Part shown: positions 19,616 to 30,262 of the stretch, in pieces
Layout: every line of letters begins with the position of its first letter
How positions within the stretch are numbered: the stretch's first letter is position 1
Assembly: GCA_037446635.1 (NCBI GenBank)
Contig: JBBIIG010000007.1
Span: 67,674 to 114,818, forward strand
DNA: 47,145 bases
DNA from: a bacterium
GTDB lineage: Bacteria > Zhuqueibacterota > Zhuqueibacteria > Oceanimicrobiales > Oceanimicrobiaceae
Direction of reading: 5' to 3'
Position numbers and translations under genes: made by a program
Notes under the pieces: generated by a model
What the model saw: only the letters and a program-made list of their open reading frames with translations
Told to the model about the DNA's origin: nothing
The model's database searches: none

Positions 19616-19766
19616 GAAATTATTTAGGAGTTAGTCTGCTTGCGCAGACTTGTGCTTTGAGCCAGAAACTTTAGTTTCTGGCGAATCTGATAATTTCTGA
19701 AAATCCGTGTTATAGTGCGCAACTTCCTTGGAAGTGAAGAATCTCAAATTCCGTGTATAAATCAGA

Positions 19767-19829
19767 AGATTCGTCATCGCTGCGCTCCTCAGTATGACAT
19801 CAAAATTCGCCTTTTTGGGCAGCAGCCCC
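19767..19829 (-). repeat. Composite repeat: GGGGCTG..CCAAAAAG.CGA leader plus TGTCAT hairpin
   Basis: Reverse complement GGGGCTGCTGCCCAAAAAGGCGAATTTTGATGTCATACTGAGGAGCGCAGCGATGACGAATCT; same layout as 30263-30325. Confidence 0.6.
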
Positions 19830-19844
19830 TAAGTTCGGTTACGT

Positions 19845-22274
19845 TTATTCGTATCTCAGCGCTACCACCGGATTCGAAAGCGCGGCGCGGATGGTCTGGT
19901 AGCTCACCGTGAACAGCGCGATGATCAGCGCCAAAATTCCGGCCGCCAAAAAAATCCACGCCTGGATGTTGACGCGGTAAGCGAAGTTTTGCAGCCAGCT
20001 GCTCATGAGGTAGTAAGCTACCGGCCAAGCAACGATGTTCGCGATGAGAACCCATTTGGTGAATTCTTTCGAGAGCAGCAAAACCACGTTGGCGAGTGAA
20101 GCCCCCAAAACTTTGCGAATGCCAATTTCTTTGGTGCGCTGCTCGGTGGTGAAGGACGCCAGGCCCAGCAGTCCCAGACACGCGATAAAGATCGCTAACC
20201 CAGAAAAAATCGTGAGAATTTTACCCGTGCGCTGTTCCGCCTCGTAGAGCCGGCCAAATTCCTGATCGAAGAAAACGTATTCGAACGCCTGATTGCCGGC
20301 AAATTTGTGCCAGGTTTTTTCGATGGTGGACAACGTGCTGGGAATGTCCTCGGCGGCAACACGCACCGAGACGTATCTTCCACGGTTATCGCGATTGAAC
20401 AACCTGATCGTCAACGGCCGAATTTTTTGATGCAGCGACTCGAAATGAAAATCCTTGGCGACGCCAACGATGGTGTAACTCTGGGAGGTCGCCGGTCCGG
20501 CGCCGGTTTGTACCAATGTCTTGCCGACGGGGTCGCTGACTCCCAGCGCGTTGGCGGCGGTTTCGTTGATCACCACCGCTGAGGAATCGGTTGACCACTC
20601 GCGAGAGAAGAAGCGCCCCGCTGTCATTTCAATTTGATAAGCGGTGGCGAAGTCGTAATCGCTTCGCAAATTCCAAAAGAGATGGCTTTCTTCGCCGCCG
20701 GCGTCTGCCATTTTAAACGCGCTGTTGCCGAAGTTCTGGCCGGGCAGGGTATTGGTGTTGCTCACGGCTAAGATGCTTGCGTTTTGACGAAGCTCGTCCA
20801 TGAAGGGCGTGATGCGCTCGAACAAGTCGTCGGTTTTTTCAACCACAACGATCTGCTCTTTATTAAACCCCAATTTTTTATTTTGAATGAAGTGCAATTG
20901 GTCGCGCACGATGAAGGTTCCAATAAACAGAATAATTGAAATCGCAAATTGGAAAATCACCAGCCCGCTGCGCAGGAGGGGAGAGCGCTGCTGTCCCACT
21001 TTGGTTGCGGCGCCTTTCAAAACGGCAACGGGTTTGAACGAGGCTAAGAAAAATGCCGGATAACTGCCGGCCAACAGCCCCACCAGTATTGCCAATGCGA
21101 TCAACGCGAGCAGGGTGGTGGGGTTTTTGAAATAATGAATATCGAGGCTTTTGCCGGCCAACTCGTTGAAGGCGGGCAGCAAAAATTCCACCAGCAGCAG
21201 CGCAAAAATGATGGCGAGAAAAGCGGTGAAAATGCTTTCGGCGAGAAATTGCCGGATGAGTTGGGCGCGTTCCGATCCTAAAGTTTTGCGGATGCCCACC
21301 TCTTTGGCGCGGCTGGCGGAGCGCGCGGTGGCCAAATTCATGAAGTTAATGCACGCGATGAGCAAAATGGCGAAGGCGATAATTGAGAAAATGTAAACGT
21401 AAGCGGCGCTGCCATTGGCTTCGATCTCAGCGTCGAGATCGGAGTGTAAATGGATGTCGGTCAGCGGCTGCAGGAAGTAACCGTAAACGTTGCCAGCGTC
21501 CCGCAAGGTTTCGAATGATACGCCCAGGGCATGTTGAATTTCCGGCCCAACATATTTTTTTACCAACTCTGGAAACTTGCTCACTACTTTTTCCGGTTCT
21601 CCGCCTTCCCGCAGCACGATGTAGGTGTAAAAATTATTGCTGAGCCAGACCTGATTCAACGTTTGGGGATAACTGGTGAGCGACGCTAAAAAATCAAAAT
21701 GGAGATGAGAATTGTGGGGGAGATCTTCCACCACGCCGGTTACCAGATAATCGCGACGGTTATCCGAATTGATGAGCTTGCCCAGCGGATCTTCATCGCC
21801 AAAATATTTTTGAACCATCGAGCGGGTGAGCACCACCGTGTTGGGCTGCGTCAGCGCCGTTTTGGGGTTGCCCTTGATAAACGGTACGGTGAACACATCG
21901 AAAAAAGTGGAGTCAGCCCAGTAGAATTTTTCTTCGCTAAAAACTTTGTCTTTATAACGAATCACGGGGAAGCCGTAGCTGCGGAAGCGCGCGGCGGTTT
22001 CCACTTCCGGAAATTCTCGCACCAGCGTCTCGCCGATGGGCGCGCACGAGACGGCGGCGTGGAACTCATTGGCGTTAAGCACGCCGCGAATGCCGATGCG
22101 GTAGATGCGGTCGGCTTTTTCGTGATAGCGATCGTAGCTCAGTTCGTCTGCGACGTAGAGCAAAATTAAAATGCAGCACGCAATGCCAATCGCCAGTCCG
22201 GCGATATTGATAAACGAGTAACCTTTTTGTCGAATCAGGTTTCTCAAAGCTACTTTCAGATAGTTGCTGATCAT
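19845..22274 (-). CDS. MacB/FtsX-like ABC transporter permease (duplicated architecture)
   Basis: NYLKVALRNL..KGYSFINIAGLAIG; RAKEVGIRK and RTKEIGIRKVLGA; ends NPVVALRYE; ATG22274 after GAGGGAG. Confidence 0.92.
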   Translation of the reverse strand: MISNYLKVALRNLIRQKGYSFINIAGLAIGIACCILILLYVADELSYDRYHEKADRIYRIGIRGVLNANEFHAAVSCAPIGETLVREFPEVETAARFRSYGFPVIRYKDKVFSEEKFYWADSTFFDVFTVPFIKGNPKTALTQPNTVVLTRSMVQKYFGDEDPLGKLINSDNRRDYLVTGVVEDLPHNSHLHFDFLASLTSYPQTLNQVWLSNNFYTYIVLREGGEPEKVVSKFPELVKKYVGPEIQHALGVSFETLRDAGNVYGYFLQPLTDIHLHSDLDAEIEANGSAAYVYIFSIIAFAILLIACINFMNLATARSASRAKEVGIRKTLGSERAQLIRQFLAESIFTAFLAIIFALLLVEFLLPAFNELAGKSLDIHYFKNPTTLLALIALAILVGLLAGSYPAFFLASFKPVAVLKGAATKVGQQRSPLLRSGLVIFQFAISIILFIGTFIVRDQLHFIQNKKLGFNKEQIVVVEKTDDLFERITPFMDELRQNASILAVSNTNTLPGQNFGNSAFKMADAGGEESHLFWNLRSDYDFATAYQIEMTAGRFFSREWSTDSSAVVINETAANALGVSDPVGKTLVQTGAGPATSQSYTIVGVAKDFHFESLHQKIRPLTIRLFNRDNRGRYVSVRVAAEDIPSTLSTIEKTWHKFAGNQAFEYVFFDQEFGRLYEAEQRTGKILTIFSGLAIFIACLGLLGLASFTTEQRTKEIGIRKVLGASLANVVLLLSKEFTKWVLIANIVAWPVAYYLMSSWLQNFAYRVNIQAWIFLAAGILALIIALFTVSYQTIRAALSNPVVALRYE

Positions 22275-22628
22275 TTTGCACTCCCTCTCAATGCTCTTAA
22301 GGTGGGATAAATTGCCTTTTGTTACGGAAGATGAGGGAGTGGGTTTCTTAAGATTTCTTTCTCGAGAGCGGTCGTGAGCGAGAAAATAGTTGATCATGTT
22401 GTGGCGAAGCCCGAAATTGCGGCTCTCAATCAAAGGAATTAAAAACATGAAAAGGGAATCGGCTTGGCCTCAGAGGTAGCCGGGGCCATCGCGATAAAAA
22501 TTTAGATCTTGCCGCAGAGGGACGTTCGTTTTGGCGCGCCGGCAGAATATAAACATCGCGCAGTCCAATCTGTTGTTGCCAGTTTGATCTTTCCGGCACC
22601 TGCGTTCGCGGCTAATTCTGCTGACCGC

Positions 22629-22724
22629 TTCGGGTTGATGTTCGCCACCGTGTTGACTCTGGGGGTGGTGCCGGTTTTGTACTCGCTGTTTTTCCGGGTG
22701 AAGTTCAGGGATTTTGTTTATTGA
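22629..22724 (+). pseudogene. Orphan C-terminal fragment of an RND (AcrB/CzcA-type) efflux permease
   Basis: FGLMFATVLTLGVVPVLYSLFFRV matches the last TM helix of RND permeases; upstream in-frame sequence is unrelated. Confidence 0.7.
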
Positions 22725-22760
22725 TGATCAGATTTTTTGCGTTCTAAGAATTTTCGAAAA

Positions 22761-24230
22761 ATGGTGGGCATAGACTATCTTTTATTAATCGGCTCGGCGC
22801 TGATTCTTCTCAGCATCGGCATTGCTAAATTTTCCGACAATCTTGGCGTGCCGATTTTACTATTGTTCCTCGGCGTCGGCATGTTGGCCGGCTCCGAAGG
22901 CCCCGGCGGCATTTATTTTGACGACGCCGGTCTGGCGCGTTCCATTGGAATTATCGCGCTGGTTTTTATTCTGTTTGCCGGCGGTATGGATACCGATTGG
23001 ACAGCGGTGCGACCGGTGCTTTGGCCGGCTGTGAGTTTGGCGACTCTCAGCGTTCTTCTAACGGCTTTGGCCGTCGGCGTTGTAACGCACTTCTTCCTCG
23101 GAATTTCGTTGTTGAACGGATTGCTGCTCGGCGCAGTCATATCTTCAACCGACGCCGCTGCGGTGTTTTCGGTTTTAAGAGCGCGCAGCGTCAGCCTGCG
23201 CGGCAATTTGAAGCCGCTGCTGGAAATGGAATCCGGCAGCAACGATCCCATGGCGGTTTTTCTAACGGTTGGCCTGATTCAACTGCTGGTTTCACCACAG
23301 TCGTCGTTTTATGACATTGTCTTTTTATTCGTCACGCAGATGGGCATCGGCGCCGTCTTCGGGTTGGGCATGGGTAAGATGCTGGCGGTTTTGTTGAATC
23401 GTGTGAAGTTTGTTTATGAAGGCTTTTATCCGGTGTTTGCGATGGCGTCGGTAGCGTTTATCTACGGCGCGACGGCACTGATTGGCGGCAGCGGTTTCCT
23501 CGCTGTTTATATCGCCGGCTTGGTGGCCGGCAACAGCGATTTTGTGCACAAGAAAAGTCTGTCGCGTTTCTTCGACAGCCTCGCCTGGTTGAGCCAGATC
23601 GTTATGTTCGTGACGCTCGGGCTGCTGGTTTTTCCTTCGCGCATTGTTCCGATTATCGCCGTGGGTTTGTTGATTTCCGCGTTTCTGATGTTTGTCGCGC
23701 GGCCAGTCAGCGTTTTCATTTCGTTGGCATGGGCTCGGTTAAATTGGCGGGAGAAAACGCTCATCTCCTGGGTTGGATTGCGCGGGGCGGTGCCAATCAT
23801 CCTGGCGACGTTTCCGCTGCTTGCCGGTTTGCCTAACTCCGAGTTGTTTTTCAATCTGGTTTTTTTTATCGTTCTCACCTCTGCGCTTCTGCAGGGTTGG
23901 TCGATTCCGGCGGTGGCGCGGCTCCTCAAAGTTGACGCGCCTTTAAAGCATAAGCGGAATTACCCCTTTGAGTTTGCGCCAGCCGAGGGAATGGATACGC
24001 AATTGAAAGAATTCACCATTCCTTCCCGCTCGGCCATCGTTGGTAAATCTATTGTGGAGATTGGGATGCCGCGGGACAGCCTGATTGTTCTCATCAACCG
24101 GGAAGAACAATTCATCGTTCCCAGCGGCGGCACCGTGTTGAACGAGGGCGATGTTGTGCTGGCGCTCGTCAATCAACGCAACCTGCCGGAGGTGCAGGCG
24201 ATCTTTTCAAGGGCGGCGAGTTCTTCGTAA
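22761..24230 (+). CDS. cvrA: K+/H+ antiporter, CvrA/NhaP2 family, with C-terminal TrkA-C domain
   Basis: GMLAGSEGPGGI.FDD, SSTDAAAVFS.LR, LEMESGSNDPMAVFLT, WVGLRGAVPIILATFP. Confidence 0.9.
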   Translation: MVGIDYLLLIGSALILLSIGIAKFSDNLGVPILLLFLGVGMLAGSEGPGGIYFDDAGLARSIGIIALVFILFAGGMDTDWTAVRPVLWPAVSLATLSVLLTALAVGVVTHFFLGISLLNGLLLGAVISSTDAAAVFSVLRARSVSLRGNLKPLLEMESGSNDPMAVFLTVGLIQLLVSPQSSFYDIVFLFVTQMGIGAVFGLGMGKMLAVLLNRVKFVYEGFYPVFAMASVAFIYGATALIGGSGFLAVYIAGLVAGNSDFVHKKSLSRFFDSLAWLSQIVMFVTLGLLVFPSRIVPIIAVGLLISAFLMFVARPVSVFISLAWARLNWREKTLISWVGLRGAVPIILATFPLLAGLPNSELFFNLVFFIVLTSALLQGWSIPAVARLLKVDAPLKHKRNYPFEFAPAEGMDTQLKEFTIPSRSAIVGKSIVEIGMPRDSLIVLINREEQFIVPSGGTVLNEGDVVLALVNQRNLPEVQAIFSRAASSS

Positions 24231-24344
24231 TTATTTGTCGCAGTATCCGCAAACGCCAACCCCGCGTGTATTTGGAGGTTGCGGCCAGCAGATTCGAGCG
24301 CGAGCTCAATCTTTTAAATTGGAAATCAATCCTGAGGAGGCGTT

Positions 24345-25226
24345 ATGGGAAAGAAAAGTAAGGATAAAAATAAGAAAAAAAAGGCCAAACCTGACGACCC
24401 GGCTTATCTTGCGGCCGGCGACGACCCCAAAGATGGCCAGCCGGAAGTCAAAAAGCTCAAGAAAAAGTTTTATGAAAAGGAATTGGCAAGGCTGCAAACC
24501 GAGCTGGTCAAACTGCAGGAATGGATCAAAAATAATGGTTTGAAGGTGGTGGTGATTTTCGAAGGGCGCGATGCGGCCGGCAAAGGCGGCGTCATCAAGC
24601 GCATTTTGCACCGGCTGAACCCGCGCTTTTGCCGGGTGGTGGCGCTGGGCGTTCCCACGGAAAAGGAAAAAACCCAGTGGTATTTTCAGCGCTATGTGCC
24701 GCACCTGCCGGCGGCCGGTGAAATGGTGCTGTTCGACCGCAGTTGGTACAACCGCGCCGGCGTGGAGCGGGTGATGGGCTTTTGCACGGAGGACGAGGTG
24801 CGGGAGTTTTTTCGAACCTGTCCGGAATTTGAACGGATGCTGGTGCGCTCCGGAATCATTTTGATCAAATATTGGTTTTCGGTGAGCGACGAGGAACAGG
24901 AGAAGCGATTTCAGGAGCGGCTTGATAATCCCGCCAAGCGCTGGAAACTAAGTCCGATGGACATGCAGGCGCGGACGAAATGGGTGGAGTACTCCAAAGC
25001 CAAAGACGAGATGTTTGCACATACCGATATCAAGCAGGCGCCGTGGTACGTGGTGAATGCCGACAACCAGAAACGCGCGCGCTTGAATTGCATCCACCAT
25101 TTACTGAGCATGATCCCGTATAAGGATTTAACCCCGGAGCCCATCGAGCTGCCGGCGCGCCAAAAAGACGAGGGCTACGTGCGCCCGCCCATGAGCGATC
25201 AAAACTTCGTGCCCGAGGTGTATTGA
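24345..25226 (+). CDS. ppk2: Polyphosphate kinase 2
   Basis: FEGRDAAGKGG Walker A, WYFQRY, FDRSWYNRAGVERVMGF, KRWKLSPMD; GGAGG RBS. Confidence 0.95.
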   Translation: MGKKSKDKNKKKKAKPDDPAYLAAGDDPKDGQPEVKKLKKKFYEKELARLQTELVKLQEWIKNNGLKVVVIFEGRDAAGKGGVIKRILHRLNPRFCRVVALGVPTEKEKTQWYFQRYVPHLPAAGEMVLFDRSWYNRAGVERVMGFCTEDEVREFFRTCPEFERMLVRSGIILIKYWFSVSDEEQEKRFQERLDNPAKRWKLSPMDMQARTKWVEYSKAKDEMFAHTDIKQAPWYVVNADNQKRARLNCIHHLLSMIPYKDLTPEPIELPARQKDEGYVRPPMSDQNFVPEVY

Positions 25227-25232
25227 CTTCGA

Positions 25233-25260
25233 GTAGGGGCAATTCATGAATTGCCCCTAC
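25233..25260. repeat. GTAG-type REP palindrome
   Basis: Perfect 28-bp palindrome GTAGGGGCAATTCATGAATTGCCCCTAC just after the ppk2 stop. Confidence 0.85.
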
Positions 25261-25293
25261 GGGTGAATGAATCAGATCAGCAGGAGGTAAATA

Positions 25294-25725
25294 GTGATAA
25301 CAATCAAAGAAGCCATCTTTGGAAGTTCGCGAATTGAATCTTTATCAGCCAACGTGGCTCTGCTCATCTTGCGAGTGTTCACGGGCTTGTCGCTCGCCTT
25401 TGCCCACGGCATTCACAAGCTGCCTCCATCCGAGCGCTTTATCGAGGGCGTGGCCAACATGGGGTTTCCGACGCCGGCGTTGTTTGGGTGGGCGGCCGGC
25501 ATCTCGGAATTTTTCGGCGGCATTTTTCTGGCTTTGGGTTTGCTGACGCGGCCGTCGGCTTTTTTTATTTTTATTACCATGATGGTCGCGGCGTTTGTGC
25601 GCCACGCGCCGGACCCCTTCAGCGTTAAAGAAAAGGCGCTGCTGTTTGCCATCGTCGCGCTGGCGTTGGTGTTGATTGGCGCCGGCAAATATAGCCTCGA
25701 CGCCGTGCTAGGAAAGCGTCTTTAG
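25294..25725 (+). CDS. DoxX family membrane protein
   Basis: LLILRV..G...HG..KL, EFFGG..L.LGL.TR, GAGKYSLD; GTG start after AGGAGG. Confidence 0.9.
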   Translation: MITIKEAIFGSSRIESLSANVALLILRVFTGLSLAFAHGIHKLPPSERFIEGVANMGFPTPALFGWAAGISEFFGGIFLALGLLTRPSAFFIFITMMVAAFVRHAPDPFSVKEKALLFAIVALALVLIGAGKYSLDAVLGKRL

Positions 25726-25996
25726 TTCTCAGCTCTGAAATTGAACGGACAAGCGCCGCAAAGCGTGATTTGGGGCTTTCAGTATCCTCGGTATTTAAGT
25801 TCTATTTTTTTCAAAATAAAATTGAACAGAACATGCGCTTGAATTTTAGAGAAGCGAATCCTCCTTACATCCCCCCTTGAGAGGCAGAAAACCAGGACAG
25901 GATAAGCAAGGAAAGGGGAATACGTGTTGGGAGGTTCACAATAAATCAACTTTGAGTTTACAACAATTTAAAGAACCTCGAGTCCAAGGAGGAAAT

Positions 25997-28900
25997 ATGC
26001 GCTCTCAAATCGTCTCCCGAGTTTCTGCGCTGTTATTTGCGGTATTATGGTTTTCAGGATTGCCTTTCACCGCAGTCTGGGGGCAGACTGTTTTCATCAA
26101 TGAAATTCATTACGACAACACCGGCACCGACGCCGGCGAAGCCATTGAAATCGCCGGCCCAGCAGGCATGGATTTGACCGGGTGGAGCATCGTTCTCTAT
26201 AATGGCGCAACTGGACTGACCTACGACACCGATGCCTTGAGCGGGACCATCCCGGATCTCTGCAACGGCTTTGGTGTGGTGGTGCTGACCTATCCCGTCA
26301 ACGGCATTCAGAACGGTTCACCGGATGCCATCGCGTTGGTGGATGCCTCGAACACCGTCATCCAATTTTTGAGCTACGAAGGGACGTTTACCGCTTTGAA
26401 TGGTCCAGCCAATGGCATGACCAGTGTGGATATCGGCGTTTCGGAAGTCGGCACAGAGCCACTGGGGCAGTCACTCCAGCTCACTGGTACCGGGTGCTCT
26501 TACGGAGATTTCACCTGGAATTCCCCGGCGGCCGCCAGCTTTGGCTCTTGCAACAGCGGCCAGACCTTTACGACCAACATCACATTTTCACAAGCCAGTT
26601 ACCAATATAATGAAGATGGGGCGGCGGTCGGCGCGGTTGTTACCGTCAATCGCAACGGCGACCTCAGCGGAACCGCCAGCGTCGATGTGCAATTCACCGA
26701 TGGCTCGGCGACCGGCGGCGCAGCGCTGGGGCCGGGCGTCGATTACGTCAGCACCACTCAGACCATCAACTTTATCGCCAATCAAGCCAGCCAGACCGTC
26801 ACGATTTCAATCAACGACGACTCAGACCTGGAGGGTGACGAAACCTTTGTGGCGACGTTAACCAATGTGATCGGCGCCTGTATCGGCGCGAACGATATGG
26901 CTACGATTACGATTTTTGACAACGAAGCCCCTCCCTCCGTGGCGTTTACGCAGGCGAGTTACCAGTATAATGAAGATGGCGTAGCCGTTGGCGCGACGGT
27001 CGCTGTCACGCGCACCGGCGAAGTCAGCGGAACCTCCAGCATTGATGTGCAATTCAGCGATGGTACGGCCACCGGCGGCGCGGCATTGGGGGCCGGCATC
27101 GATTACATCAACACCACGCAGACCATCAATTTCATCGCCAACCAAACTCTTGCCGCGGTCAGCATTTCAATTAACGACGATGCAGATTTTGAGGGCAACG
27201 AAACGTTCACGGTAACCCTCGCCAATCCGGTGAGTGCGGTGATTGGTTCGCCCGGCACGGCAACCGTCACCATTTTAAATAATGATGAGCCGCCCACGCC
27301 GGTTGTGATCAACGAGTTGGATTCCGATACCCCGGGCACGGACGCGCTCGAGTTTGTGGAGTTGTATGACGGCGGCGCCGGCAACACGCCGCTGGATGGC
27401 TTGGTGCTGGTTTTCTTCAACGGCTCTACCGATCTTTCTTATGCGGCATTTGATCTCGACGGTTTCAGTACCGACGCCGACGGCTTTTTCCTCATCGGTA
27501 ACAGCGGCGTCACACCAACGCCAAGTATAATCTTCGGCGGCAACACTCTTCAAAATGGCGAAGATGCTGTGGCGTTGTACCTGGCGAACGCTTCCGATTT
27601 TCCTACCGGCACGCCGGTAACCACTTCGCTGCTGGTGGATGCCATTGTGTATGACACCAACGACCCGGACGATCCGGGACTGCTGGTGTTATTGAATCCC
27701 GGCCAGCCGCAAGTCAATGAGAACGGCGGCGGCGATGGCCCCAATCACTCCAACGCCCGCGTTCCCGATGGCGGGATTCGGCGCAACACCGACACCTATG
27801 TGCAGCAAGCCCCAACTCCCGGCGTCAGCAATGTCCCGCCGATTGTGGTCGCCGAGATTTTCGAGATTCAGGGCGCCGGTTTAACCAGCCCGTTGGCTGG
27901 CCAGACGGTAACCTCCAATGATAACATCGTCACGGCGGTTGGCCTCGATGGCTTTTTCATGCAAACGCCGGACGCCCGCGCCGACGCCGATGCCAATACT
28001 TCCAACGGCATTTTCGTATTTACGAACTCGGCACCGACGGTGGCCGTGGGCGACAACGTGAGCGTCACTGGCCTCGTGCAGGAATTTTTTAATTTCACGG
28101 AATTCAGCAGCAACCCGGCGGTGGTGGTGAATTCCAGCGGCAACCCCCTGCCCGCGGCGGTGCAGTTTGATAGCAGCACGCCTTCGCCCTTTCAGCCGCA
28201 ATCGGCCGTAGAGCTGGAGCGCTTTGAGGGGATGTTGGTCGAAATCGCCTCCGGATTGGTGAGCGGGCCTAATCAGCGTTTCGGCACCGATCCCCTGGCC
28301 GAAGTGCACATCGTCGCTGGCCACCCGCGCGCTTTCCGCGAACCGGGCATCATTTTTCCGGGGCTGCCCGGTTTGCCCGTTTGGGATGGCAACCCGGAGG
28401 TGTTTGAACTCGACCCCGACCGGCTCGGCTTACCCAACGCTGCCATTCCCGCCGGCTCGACGTTTCAAGCCACGGGGGTTCTTGGGTTTGAATTCAGCGG
28501 ATACGAGCTGTGGCCAACCCAGCTCACCTTTGATGCAGCGACAATTCTCCATCCTGTGCGCGCCCGCGAGGATGGCGAATTCATGGTGGCCACTTTCAAC
28601 ATGGAGCGCTTTTTTGATGACGTGGACGATCCCGCTATTGATGATCCGGTACCGACGGCGTCGGAGTACGCCGGCATTTTGAGCAAGTACTCTCAGTACA
28701 TCCGCGAGGTGCTGCTCGCGCCGGATATTCTCGCAGTGCAGGAGGTGGAAAATCTCAACGCGCTGCAGGATTTGGCCGCGCAAATTCAAAGCGACGACGC
28801 GAGCCTCGTTTACAGCGCCTTTCTCGAAGAGGGCAACGACGTTGGCGGCATCGACGTGGGATTTTTAGTACGCAACACCGTGACCGTGAATTCGGTGACC

Positions 28901-30247
28901 CAATTGCACAAAAGTGAAATCTTCACCTTCGATAATTCGCTACTGCATGATCGCCCGCCGCTGCTCGCAGAAGTCGAAGTGCCCGACGGCCGCGTTTTAA
29001 CGTTGATGAACCTGCACCAGCGCTCGTTCAGCGGCATCGAGGGCCCGGACTCCACCCGCATTCGGCTCAAACGCCACACGCAAGCGGTTTCTGTCTCCAA
29101 GATGGTCGATAGCCTGCAAACTGAAAATCCCAATATCAACCTGATTGTCTTGGGCGATTTCAACTCGTTCCAATTTACCGATGGCTACGTGCACGTACTC
29201 GGTCAAATTATGGGAACGCCCGCCAGCGCCAGCGAAGCCCTGATTCCCGGCACCGATGAGGTCGATTCCGATCTGCGCAACGAGGTGTTAGAGCTGCCTA
29301 CCAATGAGCGCTACTCGTTCGTTTTTGGCGGCAGCGCGCAGGTGCTCGATCACATTTTGACGTCGGAAAAAATACAGGGCAAAGTGACCGGCCGGCAGTA
29401 TGCACGAGGTAACTCGGACGCACCAGCTTTGTTTAAAACCGATTACAGCACCGTGCTGCGCGCCTCGGACCACGATGCCATGGTTCTTTACCTTGATCTC
29501 ACCGCCCCGGAAATCGTCGTCAACGCGCCGGTTGAAATTTGGCCGCCCAATCACATCTATCATACCTTCGAGACCACAGATTTTGTGCAATCCGTCAACG
29601 ATCCCGACTTATCGGTGGCCGACGTGTTCATCACCTCCGTCACCAGCGATGAGGCTGTCAATGCGCCCAATTCTGGCAATACCGCGAACGATATCGTGAT
29701 CGTGGATTGCCAAACTGTAAAGTTACGCGCCGAGCGCGTGGGAGACGCGAATGGGCGCGTTTACACCATTTACGTCGCTGCCGTTGACGCCAACGGTAAC
29801 GTGGGTTCAGCTGCTTTTCAGGTTCAGACGCCGATTGATCAATCTGGCAGTCCGGTGATTGACGATGGCCCAGCCTATGAAGTGCAGAGCGGTTGTAGCG
29901 CACCCAATGCCCCGATACTTGCGGCCAAGGATTCCGACGCCCAACTACAGGAATCGACGTTCGTGCCGGCCGCATTTGCTTTGGCGCAAAACTACCCGAA
30001 CCCGTTCAACCCCAGCACCACCATCCATTTTGACGTGCCTCAAACTGGCGACGTGACGCTGTCGATTTACAACTTGCGCGGACAATTGGTGCGCACGCTG
30101 GTTTCGGGGGTCGTCGCCGCCGGTCGCCATCAAATTTTGTGGGATGGCGCGGACGAGCGGGGAGTACACGTCGCCAGCGGAATTTATTTATACCGCCTGC
30201 AAGCAGACGGCTTTACGGCCATTCGTAAATTAGTTTTGACGAAATGA
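25997..30247 (+). CDS. Secreted ExeM/NucH-like EEP nuclease/phosphatase with 2 lamin-tail-like domains, 2 Calx-beta, OB-fold and CTD
   Basis: VFINEIHYD and VVINELDSD domains; Calx-beta duplication at 360-bp period; EIQG..SP OB-fold; ATFN, QEVEN, GDFN, LDHIL, SDHD motifs; NYPNPFNP; ATG25997 after AGGAGG. Confidence 0.85.
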   Translation: MRSQIVSRVSALLFAVLWFSGLPFTAVWGQTVFINEIHYDNTGTDAGEAIEIAGPAGMDLTGWSIVLYNGATGLTYDTDALSGTIPDLCNGFGVVVLTYPVNGIQNGSPDAIALVDASNTVIQFLSYEGTFTALNGPANGMTSVDIGVSEVGTEPLGQSLQLTGTGCSYGDFTWNSPAAASFGSCNSGQTFTTNITFSQASYQYNEDGAAVGAVVTVNRNGDLSGTASVDVQFTDGSATGGAALGPGVDYVSTTQTINFIANQASQTVTISINDDSDLEGDETFVATLTNVIGACIGANDMATITIFDNEAPPSVAFTQASYQYNEDGVAVGATVAVTRTGEVSGTSSIDVQFSDGTATGGAALGAGIDYINTTQTINFIANQTLAAVSISINDDADFEGNETFTVTLANPVSAVIGSPGTATVTILNNDEPPTPVVINELDSDTPGTDALEFVELYDGGAGNTPLDGLVLVFFNGSTDLSYAAFDLDGFSTDADGFFLIGNSGVTPTPSIIFGGNTLQNGEDAVALYLANASDFPTGTPVTTSLLVDAIVYDTNDPDDPGLLVLLNPGQPQVNENGGGDGPNHSNARVPDGGIRRNTDTYVQQAPTPGVSNVPPIVVAEIFEIQGAGLTSPLAGQTVTSNDNIVTAVGLDGFFMQTPDARADADANTSNGIFVFTNSAPTVAVGDNVSVTGLVQEFFNFTEFSSNPAVVVNSSGNPLPAAVQFDSSTPSPFQPQSAVELERFEGMLVEIASGLVSGPNQRFGTDPLAEVHIVAGHPRAFREPGIIFPGLPGLPVWDGNPEVFELDPDRLGLPNAAIPAGSTFQATGVLGFEFSGYELWPTQLTFDAATILHPVRAREDGEFMVATFNMERFFDDVDDPAIDDPVPTASEYAGILSKYSQYIREVLLAPDILAVQEVENLNALQDLAAQIQSDDASLVYSAFLEEGNDVGGIDVGFLVRNTVTVNSVTQLHKSEIFTFDNSLLHDRPPLLAEVEVPDGRVLTLMNLHQRSFSGIEGPDSTRIRLKRHTQAVSVSKMVDSLQTENPNINLIVLGDFNSFQFTDGYVHVLGQIMGTPASASEALIPGTDEVDSDLRNEVLELPTNERYSFVFGGSAQVLDHILTSEKIQGKVTGRQYARGNSDAPALFKTDYSTVLRASDHDAMVLYLDLTAPEIVVNAPVEIWPPNHIYHTFETTDFVQSVNDPDLSVADVFITSVTSDEAVNAPNSGNTANDIVIVDCQTVKLRAERVGDANGRVYTIYVAAVDANGNVGSAAFQVQTPIDQSGSPVIDDGPAYEVQSGCSAPNAPILAAKDSDAQLQESTFVPAAFALAQNYPNPFNPSTTIHFDVPQTGDVTLSIYNLRGQLVRTLVSGVVAAGRHQILWDGADERGVHVASGIYLYRLQADGFTAIRKLVLTK

Positions 30248-30262
30248 TTTTGTAATAAACGT

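Noticed and set aside
19845..22274. ABC permease without adjacent ATPase as a novelty
   Set aside because: Stand-alone MacB-like permease paralogues are common and can share an ATPase encoded elsewhere
22509..22724. 71-aa ORF as an intact gene
   Set aside because: TTG start without RBS; only the last 31 aa look protein-like, so treated as an RND relic
24279..24311. Small hairpin GAGC-GCGA-GCTC before ppk2
   Set aside because: Too short to distinguish from chance
25857..25920. Degenerate ATCCCCC..AAAGGGG repeat upstream of the nuclease
   Set aside because: Arms too degenerate and single copy in this window
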